From assembly GCA_963737265.1 (NCBI GenBank), contig CAVTRY010000016.1:288001-352000 (forward strand): a stretch of DNA of 64,000 nt, in the 5' to 3' direction. This document shows positions 19,193 to 28,448 of the stretch, piece after piece. The position numbers were made by a program, and so were the translations under genes. The notes beneath the pieces were generated by a model that saw only the letters and a program-made list of their open reading frames with translations, was not told the DNA's origin and did not search any database. Every line of letters begins with the position of its first letter. The stretch's first letter is position 1. This stretch comes from an uncultured delta proteobacterium. Its GTDB lineage: Bacteria > Myxococcota_A > Polyangia > Fen-1088.

Positions 19193-19843
19193 CTACCCCT
19201 TCGCCTTTCCCGCCGCCGCGCCGCCTTTGACAGGCGGCTTCTTGCCTCCGTCCTTGAGCCGTTCATAGGTAGTCGCGGTCAAATCCACGTCGACGCTGGT
19301 GCCGTCCCCGCCGAAGCTGCGACGAACTTCCAAGCGCGTGATGAGAATCAGCCTGCGGCTCGTTTCGACCTTGCCGAGAAAGGTCGCCAGCGACTTCAGA
19401 TCGACCTTGCGCAACTTGAGGTCGAGGCTGTGCTCGACATAGCGTTTGCCCGCGGCGGCGTCCGGCCGATCCGCGGTTTCCGGAATCTGAATACCGGCTT
19501 CCTTGGCCGCCGCTTCCAAATCAGCGGCAAGCTGGGGCGGGTCGCTGCCGATGCGCAGCTCTTGCGCCTTGGCGCGGGCCTTGCCGTCGCGATACTCGTC
19601 GCTGTGCTTGGCGATGGCGTCGAGCGCGTCGCGCATGTCCTTGTTGTCTTGCCCCATACTTTGCAATGAATCGATCATGAGGTACGCCACCAGCAGGAAT
19701 GCACAGGTCGCGAACGCTCCACCCAGGATCGAAATCAGCCGTCGCTCGCGCAACGACATGCGATTCCACTCGGTGGCGACATACACCGCCGGACGCCCGA
19801 CCACGGCTTTGATTTTCGCGAATATGCGCAACAAGAATCTCAT
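19193..19843 (-). CDS. gspM: Type II secretion protein M
   Basis: WNRMSLRERRLI plus TM helix and ferredoxin-like periplasmic domain; follows gspL. Confidence 0.8.
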   Translation of the reverse strand: MRFLLRIFAKIKAVVGRPAVYVATEWNRMSLRERRLISILGGAFATCAFLLVAYLMIDSLQSMGQDNKDMRDALDAIAKHSDEYRDGKARAKAQELRIGSDPPQLAADLEAAAKEAGIQIPETADRPDAAAGKRYVEHSLDLKLRKVDLKSLATFLGKVETSRRLILITRLEVRRSFGGDGTSVDVDLTATTYERLKDGGKKPPVKGGAAAGKAKG

Positions 19844-19850
19844 GGTTTCC

Positions 19851-21464
19851 TCACGGGCACTTCGAGGCGATGGTCAGACTGAACTGTTTGGCTCCGCCCG
19901 ACACTTCGGTGATGGGCCCCTTGCTGATTTCTTCGAAGCAGTCGATCTCCTTGAGCTTCGTCACTATCTCTTCGACTGTCGCGGCCGAGTCCACCGTGCC
20001 CTTGATCAAGGTCTTCTTGGCGCGAATGTCGAGATCCTCGATGTCCACCTGGACTTCGGCGTTGGGCGGAATGTGGGTCGAGATATCGTTCAGCAGATCG
20101 AAAGCCGTCGCTTTGGGCAAGGGTGCCATTTCGTCGCGGAAGCTGCGCTTGAGCGCAGCGGTCACGTCGACGGCTTCCATGCGCGCCTCGCCGAATATCT
20201 CTTTCGTCGCCACCTGCAACTGCGTCTTGAGCGCGCGCTGCTCGGTCGACAGTCGCCGCAGGGTGATGGTGGCGTGGATCCCCGCGCAGGCGATGAGGGA
20301 TGCCGCCAGCAACACGAGGTGGCCCGCGCGCTGACGGACGAGGGAGAAATTGGCCCGGTACTGGAATTCCCCGCGCCGCAATTCCAATTGCTTTTGCCCA
20401 CGCGCCGCCGCGTTGGCGACGGCATTGACGAGAACGAAGCGATCCGCCTCCGGATCCGCCGCGTCGGTGTCAATCGGTTCGCCGTCCGGCCCTTCTCGGA
20501 ATTCCGCAGCCGCCAGCAATGCCCGCACCGGAATCGCCAGCTCATCCTGCAGAAATCCCGCGAGGCCGCGCAGTCGCGCGCCGCCGCCCGCGAGCAAGAT
20601 CTCCTCGATGGGCGCCTTGTCCTTGTTGGAAAAGCTGGCCAGCGTTTGGCGCAAATCGCGCAACAGCGGCTGCAGCGCTTCGCGCACGATGGCATCGACG
20701 CGTGCCTCGACCGGCGTCGCGGCGGGCCGGCCGTGGCTTGCCACGAATCCCATCTGCGCCTTGCCTAGCTCCGCCTGCTCCGAGGTCCAGGTGCCATTCG
20801 ACGCGCGCATCAGGGCCCGGCTGATCTCTTCGCCACCGCGCTGGAGCGTGCGTGCAAACACGGCCTCATCGCCCACCACGAAACAAAGGTTGGTGCGCCG
20901 GTGGCCGATGTCCACAATCACCTGGCACCCAACCGGCCCATCGCCCTCGCTGACGACCGGTTCGCTCGGACGGTAGAGAAGAGGCGCGACGTAGATGGAA
21001 CGCGGATCGGCGTTGCCTGCTTGCAGGCCCGCAAGAAACGCACGCACGTCCTCGGTGCGGGCCGCCACCACGAGAGCGCGGCAGCCTTCGTCGCCCTCCG
21101 CGTGCTGTCCGCGCGAGGACAGCACGACGTGGTCCAAGATCACGTCGTGCAGCTCGTGGATCATTTGCCCTTCCATCTCGTAGCCCACGATTTGCTCGAT
21201 TTTGCGCGCATCCGCGAAAGGCAGCTCGAGCGCGCGCAGGGTGAGCAGGTCGCCCGGAAGCGCGACGTAAATGGTCGTGCTGCCCGGCAGGCGCGACGTG
21301 CCGCTTTTCAGCGCTTCGCTTTGGCGCTCGGCAAGCGGCCGTTCGTCCGTCGCGACCTTCTCTTCGTAGCTCGCGACGACGCGTGTGCGGCGGAATCCAA
21401 TCTCAAGGACGGTGAACTTCACCGACCACGAGCCAAGGTCGATTCCGGTGATGGTGTGGGCCAT
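19851..21464 (-). CDS. gspL: Type II secretion protein L (PilM-like actin-fold N-domain)
   Basis: GIDLGSWSVK, VDIGHRRT, LAGGGARL motifs; TM and PilN-like C-terminus. Confidence 0.82.
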   Translation of the reverse strand: MAHTITGIDLGSWSVKFTVLEIGFRRTRVVASYEEKVATDERPLAERQSEALKSGTSRLPGSTTIYVALPGDLLTLRALELPFADARKIEQIVGYEMEGQMIHELHDVILDHVVLSSRGQHAEGDEGCRALVVAARTEDVRAFLAGLQAGNADPRSIYVAPLLYRPSEPVVSEGDGPVGCQVIVDIGHRRTNLCFVVGDEAVFARTLQRGGEEISRALMRASNGTWTSEQAELGKAQMGFVASHGRPAATPVEARVDAIVREALQPLLRDLRQTLASFSNKDKAPIEEILLAGGGARLRGLAGFLQDELAIPVRALLAAAEFREGPDGEPIDTDAADPEADRFVLVNAVANAAARGQKQLELRRGEFQYRANFSLVRQRAGHLVLLAASLIACAGIHATITLRRLSTEQRALKTQLQVATKEIFGEARMEAVDVTAALKRSFRDEMAPLPKATAFDLLNDISTHIPPNAEVQVDIEDLDIRAKKTLIKGTVDSAATVEEIVTKLKEIDCFEEISKGPITEVSGGAKQFSLTIASKCP

Positions 21465-21471
21465 GGTGCTT

Positions 21472-22875
21472 CTATTCCTCCCGCCAATACTGGATGACCC
21501 CAGCGGCTTTCTCGCTGGCGGCGTCGTTAGTCACTGGGTTGTCGAGGCTACGCGCGGTGTCCAGAATGGCCGTGATGCGCTTCTTCACTTTGCCGGACTC
21601 GCCCGTGGCCACGACCCGATACACGCGCGGCGGCCCGACGTAGGCCACTTGCGATAGTTGCTGCTTGTTGATGGTGATGCCGGTCAAGTTCTGCATCATG
21701 GAAAAACGCGGATCGTCCTTGGCGAGCGATCCCGCCGGATTGCTGAGCACGCCAACAATCGTATCGAGCGTGTCGAAGCCCACGGCGGCGCCGCGCTCGC
21801 ACAGCACGCTGGCCAGCGGGTAGAGGCGATTGTCGTCGAAGATCGACATGTCCGACGGCGGCTTGCTTGGATCCGGAGTGAGCGCCGCGCGCACCAACCC
21901 CACGATGAGCGGCGTGCAGTCGCCCTTGACCGAGGCCAGGTTCACCTTGCAGTTTTCGTCGCTGGCATAGGTCGTGAGGTAGGGCTGAAACGCCTCGGAA
22001 AAATCCGCGTCCATGCCACGCACCTGGGCGGTCTCGGCGATGGTGTCGTAATAGTTGTTGTGCGCGAAGTACGGATCGGCGCGCTGGTCGTAGCGATAGT
22101 CCTCCGGCCCGGCCCCGTTGGCATCGGTGCTGAACATCTGTTCGTCGCCGTCGGCCCAGTCGATGATTGCGCGCGCGAGATCCACGCGGTCGACAAAGCG
22201 GCCATCGGCGTCCGGGGTGGAGAACAGCAGATCGTAGCGCGGCGACATGGTCAAGGCGGAAAGCAGGCGAAAAATCATGATCTGGCGAGTGCGCACCGGG
22301 GCGGGCCCGCCGCCACAGTTGATGTCGATCTTGCCGTCCTCGTTGGTAATCTGCGCGTCCATGGTCCCCTGCACCACGCTTAGGCCCTTGGCCTGGCTGG
22401 TGTCGATGCCGATGAGTCCGCCGAGCGTGGCGACCTCGGCCTTGCTGCCGCCGAAGAACCCCAAGAGCGGACCGGTGTAGTCGGTAACGCGCAGACTGAT
22501 GCCCATGTCCTGTCCGGCCGCATCGTTCAGCATCTTCTGCGCCTGGGCCATGATGGGCTCGACGAACTTGAGCTGAATCTTGATCAGCATGCGCGACAGC
22601 TCCATCGCCGAGCGGGCGAGGTAGTGAGCGCGCAGCTCGTCGCGCGCATTGGCGGCCTGCGAGGCATCCACGGTCGTGCCATAGGAGAATTGCGACACGA
22701 GCGCGATGAGGAGCGAAAGCGCCGAAATAGTCACCAGCAAGGCCACGCCGCTTTGTCGGTCGCGCTGGCGGCGGTCGCGAAAACGTCCCAACAACGCCGC
22801 GCGGATCGGTACCCGCGTGCTTGGTGTTGTTGGGGAAATTGGGTTGGAGTTAGGGGCGTGCATGGTGACGATCAC
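21472..22875 (-). CDS. gspK: Type II secretion minor pseudopilin K
   Basis: RQSG|VALLVTI prepilin-like N-terminus, EDGKIDIN, IIDWADGD, KVNLAS; start is GTG 22875 (GTGA overlap) or ATG 22863. Confidence 0.82.
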   Translation of the reverse strand: MIVTMHAPNSNPISPTTPSTRVPIRAALLGRFRDRRQRDRQSGVALLVTISALSLLIALVSQFSYGTTVDASQAANARDELRAHYLARSAMELSRMLIKIQLKFVEPIMAQAQKMLNDAAGQDMGISLRVTDYTGPLLGFFGGSKAEVATLGGLIGIDTSQAKGLSVVQGTMDAQITNEDGKIDINCGGGPAPVRTRQIMIFRLLSALTMSPRYDLLFSTPDADGRFVDRVDLARAIIDWADGDEQMFSTDANGAGPEDYRYDQRADPYFAHNNYYDTIAETAQVRGMDADFSEAFQPYLTTYASDENCKVNLASVKGDCTPLIVGLVRAALTPDPSKPPSDMSIFDDNRLYPLASVLCERGAAVGFDTLDTIVGVLSNPAGSLAKDDPRFSMMQNLTGITINKQQLSQVAYVGPPRVYRVVATGESGKVKKRITAILDTARSLDNPVTNDAASEKAAGVIQYWREE

Positions 22876-23570
22876 GATTTGGTCGGCCGGTAGTCGACCC
22901 GTTCGAGGGCATGGAGACGCGCAATGCTGGTAAAGGTGATGGGCATGCCCCGTTCGTCGAACACGGTGAGGGAAATTCGGACCTGGGTGGGCAGGTATTG
23001 CAACCCGTCGGCCTTGGTGGTGTCCCATTCCTCGCGCCAGTCCTTCTGTTTGTAGTCGTAATAGGCGAATTTCAGGCGCGAGACCGCGGGGCAAAGAATG
23101 TACGTCTCGCCGGGAATCAACTTGGGATCCTTGGATTCAAGCCGCCGGGTCTCCCGTCTCATGAGGTTGGTCAAGGTGGGGTCGTCCGGATCCGGTTGCG
23201 AAAAATACGTCACCAGCGCCGTGTCGCCTTCGGGCACGTCCGCGCGCAGGCGCTGGTGCCCGAACCAGGAAAAGCGAAGCTCGTCGAAATCGTTGTGCGC
23301 GGTCCCGGAAAACATCGTGCGCCGATCCTGCGTCCCAATCGCCTCGGAGGCCGACACGAACGCCATTTCGATCTCGCGGCTCATGCGCATGAGAGCGACA
23401 CGAACCGTGTGCGTGCGATCTTGCGCCTGTTCTATGCGCTGCTTTACCTTCGCGGTCTGCGCGAATGTCCCCCACAAGATCGAGGTCAGGAACGCCATCA
23501 GCGCCAGGGCCAGCATGATCTCGATGAGCGTGAAGCCGGTTTGGGATCTTCCGCGCGCGCGCATGGTCAT
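22872..23570 (-). CDS. gspJ: Type II secretion minor pseudopilin J
   Basis: G|FTLIEIMLAL motif, RMSREIEMAF, WREEWD, LPTQVRI; ATGA overlap with gspI. Confidence 0.85.
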   Translation of the reverse strand: MTMRARGRSQTGFTLIEIMLALALMAFLTSILWGTFAQTAKVKQRIEQAQDRTHTVRVALMRMSREIEMAFVSASEAIGTQDRRTMFSGTAHNDFDELRFSWFGHQRLRADVPEGDTALVTYFSQPDPDDPTLTNLMRRETRRLESKDPKLIPGETYILCPAVSRLKFAYYDYKQKDWREEWDTTKADGLQYLPTQVRISLTVFDERGMPITFTSIARLHALERVDYRPTKS

Positions 23571-24214
23571 TTCCCCGTGCTCGTGGATGCCTTGGTGGCC
23601 GTCGTCGTACCCGTGCCGGTGGCGGTCCCGGTCCCGCCCGAGGCCGACATCGTGATCGCGGTTTCGAGGCGGGACGGATCGGTCAGGAAGGAAACCACCT
23701 CGATCGATTGCTCGGGCTTGCCGGCTTCGTTCCACTGCACGCGCACCGTGAGCTTGCGTACCGACTCTTGCAAGCCGAGGCGAATGGGATCCATCAGCGT
23801 CGACATGAAGCCGCCCATGAAACCGGAAAGCATTTCCATGGGATTGGTCGACAGCGTTGCCTGCGACGAGGCCTGCTGCACCTTCTGCGTGGAATCCGCC
23901 GGGAGCTCGATGCGTTCGACGTTGGTGTACCAGCGGAAGCTTGGGAAGCCTTCCTGCGAGAAATCCCCCTTGTCCTCGCCGTCCATTTCGACGAAGCCGT
24001 ATTCGAGCAAGCTTTGTTCCATCATGGAAATGCGCGTGCGGGCCAGGAACGTCGCCGCGGTTGTCATGCGCGCGTGGTTGGCGGCGCGCACGTTGCCGGT
24101 CACGATGCGCGAGACGATGACCAGGCCGAGGCCCAAGATGGCTAGCGACACCATGACCTCGATCAAAGAGAAGCCCGCGGAAGCCCTGCCCGCCGCCGGC
24201 TGCGCGCGGGTCAT
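23567..24214 (-). CDS. gspI: Type II secretion minor pseudopilin I
   Basis: G|FSLIEVMVSLAI; ATGA overlap with gspH. Confidence 0.82.
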   Translation of the reverse strand: MTRAQPAAGRASAGFSLIEVMVSLAILGLGLVIVSRIVTGNVRAANHARMTTAATFLARTRISMMEQSLLEYGFVEMDGEDKGDFSQEGFPSFRWYTNVERIELPADSTQKVQQASSQATLSTNPMEMLSGFMGGFMSTLMDPIRLGLQESVRKLTVRVQWNEAGKPEQSIEVVSFLTDPSRLETAITMSASGGTGTATGTGTTTATKASTSTGK

Positions 24215-24939
24215 TGCACGATCACCTTTCCGGAATCGTCCACCTGTTCGCTGATGTTCGCCTCGACGAACGAATTTTTCACCGTCACGCGTCCCGTGAG
24301 GGGATGCACGATCAGCGTGTAGAAGGTCTGGCCCTTCTTGTCGGAAAGGTGAATGACGGCCGCCTCCGTCATGCCCATGGGAAAGAAGTAAAGGTAGCCC
24401 CGACCGGTGCCGAGGGGCTTGAGTAGGCGGGGCGAATAGATGTCGGCCAGGACGGCATCGGATTTCAACGTGACGGGTTTGACGGCGGTTTCGCGGAAGG
24501 CATTGAACTTCGCCCGTTTGGCCATGAAGGGCTTGGGCATGTAGCGCGACGGAATCTGCGAGCCGCCGAAGAACGCCTCTTTCTCGGCCGCCTCGCGCTT
24601 GGCTTCTTCTTCCTTGGCCAGTTTCTCTGCTTCTTTCTTCCGGGTATCGTCGGTCTCCTTGCCGGCTGCGAAGATGAATTGATCGTCCGACACCTCCGCC
24701 CAATACTTGCCAGTCTCGAAGTCGAGGACCAGACGATGCACCCGGCCCGTGGTGGAAGCGCGGTCGAACAGGTAGCGAATGGCGCCGGCCATGTGCGTCG
24801 CCGTCGAGCGCAAGTCGCTCTTGGTGAGCGAGCGCAGCCCCACCACACTGGCAGCGACCATCAGAGCAACGAGGGTCATTGCGATCATCACCTCGATGAG
24901 CGTGAAGCCACGGTCGGGCGGTGGGCGGCGACGACACAA
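24211..24939 (-). CDS. gspH: Type II secretion minor pseudopilin H
   Basis: G|FTLIEVMI; C-terminal LYFFPMG...VHPLTGRV. Confidence 0.82.
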   Translation of the reverse strand: MCRRRPPPDRGFTLIEVMIAMTLVALMVAASVVGLRSLTKSDLRSTATHMAGAIRYLFDRASTTGRVHRLVLDFETGKYWAEVSDDQFIFAAGKETDDTRKKEAEKLAKEEEAKREAAEKEAFFGGSQIPSRYMPKPFMAKRAKFNAFRETAVKPVTLKSDAVLADIYSPRLLKPLGTGRGYLYFFPMGMTEAAVIHLSDKKGQTFYTLIVHPLTGRVTVKNSFVEANISEQVDDSGKVIVQ

Positions 24940-24951
24940 GATGCTGTTGCC

Positions 24952-25386
24952 TTACTGCTCCGCGGCCTTGATGTCGTCGGCGGTGCCCTCTTGCCCATCC
25001 GGACCGAGGGACATCACGTCGATGCCATCCGTGTTGACGGTTCCTGGGCAACGCACGATAAGATCCCTGTTCCAGGGATCCTTCGCCTTCTTGGGCAGGT
25101 ACTTTTGCGCCACCAAATCGTCGAGGCTCTTGGGGCACTCGCTGTTGTTGTCCGCCATGAACTGAACAATCTTGGAGGCAACGTCGTTGACTTGGGCTTG
25201 GGCAACCTTGCGTTGGCCTTTCTTGAACTGGGCAAAGACGCCTACGCCGACGGTCGCCATCACGAGACCGATGAGGGCAAGCACGATCATGATCTCCAGC
25301 ATCGTCATGCCCGCATCCCTCTGTCGCCTCGTTCCGGCTTCACCTCGTTCTTCAATCTCTCTCACTTCTTCCTTCGTTTCTTCCAT
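24952..25386 (-). CDS. gspG: Type II secretion major pseudopilin G
   Basis: G|MTMLEIMIV, KDPWNRD, SLGPDGQEGTADDI. Confidence 0.9.
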   Translation of the reverse strand: MEETKEEVREIEERGEAGTRRQRDAGMTMLEIMIVLALIGLVMATVGVGVFAQFKKGQRKVAQAQVNDVASKIVQFMADNNSECPKSLDDLVAQKYLPKKAKDPWNRDLIVRCPGTVNTDGIDVMSLGPDGQEGTADDIKAAEQ

Positions 25387-25417
25387 GGGACTCTCCTTTG
25401 ATCTGCGCGATCGCCAG

Positions 25418-26680
25418 CTACTGCACCATTCCGCCCATATCGATGATGGGCATGAGAATGGAAAACACGATAAATCCAACACCGATGGCCATGACCACAA
25501 TCATGAGCGGCGCAAGAATGGACGTCAGCTTGCCCACCTCGGTCGCCACGTCGCGCTCGTAGGCGGACGCCACGTTTTCAAGCATGGCCTCAAGCTGCCC
25601 CGAACGCTCGCCCACGGCAACCATGTGGCACATCATCGAGGGAAATTCGCCCGATTTTTTCAGCGTCGCGGCGATGGATTCGCCCTCGCGAATCGCCACG
25701 CGCGCGTCTTCCACGACCTTTTCCAGCACGCTGTTGTTGAGCACGCGTTTGACGATTTCGAGGGCGGTCAGGACTGGCACGCCCGATGCCAACATGGTGG
25801 CCAAGGTGCGCGAAAAGCGCGCCACCGCGATGAACCGCACCAATCGCCCCACCACGATAATTCGCAGCTTGAGGCGATCCATGAAGGCCCGCCCCTTGGG
25901 TTTGCGCAGCCAGTACCGTACGCCCAAGACCGTCCCAACCATCCCAGGAAGCACCGCCCACCAATAGCCACCGGCAATATCGGCGATGAACACCAGCAAT
26001 TGCGTGTTCCACGGCAGGGCTTTGCCCGAATCGGCGAAAATGCCGGCAATGGGCGGAACGACCACGGTCATCAAGAAACCGAGCACCAGGCTGCCCACGA
26101 TGGTCATGAGAATGGGATAGGCCATCGCGCCCGACACCTTGGAACGCAGCTCGATCTCCGCGTCCATGAAATCCGCCAAGCGGGAAAGCACGGAGTCCAA
26201 GTTTCCCGCCGTCTCGCCCGAACGAACCATGTTGGTGTAGAGCTCCGGGAAGACCTTGGGGTGCGCGGTCATGGCTTCGGCGAGCGATCCACCCTCGTTC
26301 ACCTTCTGGCGAATTCCCGCCAAAATCAGCTGCAGCTTCTTGTTGTCGGATTGCTCGGACAGCGCGCCCATGGCCTCGGCCAGCGGAATCCCGGCGTGCA
26401 GCAGGGTCGCCATCTGGCGCGTGAACACGGCCACGTCGCGCGGCTTCACCCGCTCGAACATGCCCTTGAAGTCGACCTCGCGGCGCAGGCCCTTGGCCTT
26501 GCTGCCGCCAGCGGAGAGCGCCAGCTTGGACTGCTTGCCGCCCACCACCTCGCGCACCTCGCTGATGAAGACGTTTTCCTTGCGCAGGGTTTGGCGGAGC
26601 GACTTCGGGCCGTCGGATTCGCGCGTGCCCGCGACCGACTTGCCACCACCCGTCAGACCTTTCCACGCGTAAACCGGCAT
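25418..26680 (-). CDS. gspF: Type II secretion inner-membrane platform protein F
   Basis: FTRQMATLLHAGIPL, GETAGNL, AMAYP, GERSGQLEAML. Confidence 0.93.
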   Translation of the reverse strand: MPVYAWKGLTGGGKSVAGTRESDGPKSLRQTLRKENVFISEVREVVGGKQSKLALSAGGSKAKGLRREVDFKGMFERVKPRDVAVFTRQMATLLHAGIPLAEAMGALSEQSDNKKLQLILAGIRQKVNEGGSLAEAMTAHPKVFPELYTNMVRSGETAGNLDSVLSRLADFMDAEIELRSKVSGAMAYPILMTIVGSLVLGFLMTVVVPPIAGIFADSGKALPWNTQLLVFIADIAGGYWWAVLPGMVGTVLGVRYWLRKPKGRAFMDRLKLRIIVVGRLVRFIAVARFSRTLATMLASGVPVLTALEIVKRVLNNSVLEKVVEDARVAIREGESIAATLKKSGEFPSMMCHMVAVGERSGQLEAMLENVASAYERDVATEVGKLTSILAPLMIVVMAIGVGFIVFSILMPIIDMGGMVQ

Positions 26681-26693
26681 CGCCGTCCCCCTC

Positions 26694-28442
26694 CTACTCG
26701 CTGTCTCCGGTGGTGATCATGAGTACCTCGGCGGCGCTGGTCATGCCGGCCAGCACTTTCTGGGCACCGTCCTCGCGCAAGGTGCGCATGCCGGCCTCGA
26801 CGGCGGCGCGCTTGATGGTGCCGGCATCCGCGTTCTTGATCGCCAACTGACGAATGCGGTCATCGATCATCAACAATTCGTAGATGGCGGTTCGGCCTTT
26901 GAAGCCGGCGTTGAGACAAGCCGGACAGCCACCTTCGCGGGCGCGGTAGAGCATGCCCGGCGGCGGCGGGTCGCCCGCGCCCTTGAAATGGATGCGGCGC
27001 AGGCTGCCCGAGAAAAACGCAGCTGGATCGTGCCCCAAGCTGACCAAGTCTTCATCGGTCGGACGGTAGGGCTCGCGACACTCGCGGCACAGGCGCCGCA
27101 CCAGGCGCTGGGCGAGCAGGGCCATCAGCGACGACGCCACCAGGAACGGCTGCACACCGAGATCCACCAGGCGCGTGATGGCGCCCGCCGCATCGTTGGT
27201 GTGGATGGTCGAGAGCACGAGGTGTCCGGTCAGCGACGCCTGAATGGCGATTTCCGAGGTCGGCAAGTCGCGGATTTCGCCGACCATGATGACGTCGGGA
27301 TCGTGGCGCAAGAACGAGCGCAGGCCGGTGGCGAAGCTCAGGTCGATCTTCTCGTTCACCGCAACCTGGGAAATGCCGTCGAGCTGATACTCGACCGGAT
27401 CCTCGATGGTCAGGATGTTGAGGTCGGGCGAATTGATCTTGGCCAGGCAGGCGTAAAGCGTGGTGGTCTTGCCCGAGCCGGTGGGGCCGGTCACGAGCAA
27501 AATCCCGTGCGGCCGATGAATGAGATCATTCATTTGCACCAGGTGATCTTCGCCGAATCCGATGTCGGCCAGGTCGTGAAGAATGTTCTCGCGGTCGAGC
27601 AAACGAATGGTAATGCGCTCGCCGCCCTTGACCGTGGGCGCGGTCGCGACGCGCATGTCGATGTCCTTGCCGGCAATCTTGCGCCGGATGCGTCCGTCCT
27701 GCGGCAGACGCTTTTCCGCGATGTTGAGCCCGGCCATAATCTTCACGCGCGAGATAATCGAGGGAATGAACTGACGTGCCGCCCGCCGCGTTTCATACAG
27801 CACACCGTCGATGCGATAGCGGACGATGACGTCCTTCTCGCCGGGCTCGATGTGAATATCGCTCGCGCGCTCCTTGACGGCGTTGAACATGAGCGCGTTC
27901 ACCCAGCGGATGATGGGCGCTTCGTCGTTCACGTCGAGGATGTCGACCAGCTCTTCCGCCCCACCCATCTCTTCATCGTCTTCGCCTTGGCCGAGGTTGC
28001 CGGCGTCCTGCTTACGACCGAAGACTTGGTTAATGGCGTCGAGAATCTTAGCGCTGGAAAAAAGCACCGGCTGGACATCCGCGGCAAGCATGCCGCGCAC
28101 GTCGTCAAGCGCGCCAATGGCGAGCGGATCCGCCATCGCCACCAGCACGGTATCTCCCTCGCGCCGAAGCGGCATCACCCGGTGCTGTTTGGCGAACCCG
28201 ATGGGCACCTTGGCGGCCAGCTCCGAATCCATATCGGCCACGGGAAAATCAGCCAGGTATGGCATCCCAAATTGCGTGCCCAGGGCCCGAAGAATGTCGT
28301 CCTCCGAGCAGGCGTGGTTCTTTTGCAGAATTTCGCCGATAAGGCCGCCCTCGCTCTGCTGCTGAGCGAGCGCCTGGTCGACAGCCGCGGCAGTGACCTT
28401 GCCGGCCGCAACCAGAATTTCGCCGATCCGTTTTCCTACCAC
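26694..28442 (-). CDS. gspE: Type II secretion ATPase E
   Basis: ASDIHIEP, EKRLPQDGR, Walker A GPTGSGKTTT, TIEDPVEY, LRHDPDVIMVGEIRD, TGHLVLSTIHTN, CxxC..CxxC. Confidence 0.95.
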   Translation of the reverse strand: MVGKRIGEILVAAGKVTAAAVDQALAQQQSEGGLIGEILQKNHACSEDDILRALGTQFGMPYLADFPVADMDSELAAKVPIGFAKQHRVMPLRREGDTVLVAMADPLAIGALDDVRGMLAADVQPVLFSSAKILDAINQVFGRKQDAGNLGQGEDDEEMGGAEELVDILDVNDEAPIIRWVNALMFNAVKERASDIHIEPGEKDVIVRYRIDGVLYETRRAARQFIPSIISRVKIMAGLNIAEKRLPQDGRIRRKIAGKDIDMRVATAPTVKGGERITIRLLDRENILHDLADIGFGEDHLVQMNDLIHRPHGILLVTGPTGSGKTTTLYACLAKINSPDLNILTIEDPVEYQLDGISQVAVNEKIDLSFATGLRSFLRHDPDVIMVGEIRDLPTSEIAIQASLTGHLVLSTIHTNDAAGAITRLVDLGVQPFLVASSLMALLAQRLVRRLCRECREPYRPTDEDLVSLGHDPAAFFSGSLRRIHFKGAGDPPPPGMLYRAREGGCPACLNAGFKGRTAIYELLMIDDRIRQLAIKNADAGTIKRAAVEAGMRTLREDGAQKVLAGMTSAAEVLMITTGDSE

Positions 28443-28448
28443 GGGCCC

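Noticed and set aside
24215-25138. Long 5' extension of the gspI ORF (523 aa)
   Set aside because: Overlaps gspG and gspH; the prepilin motif starts just after ATG 24214
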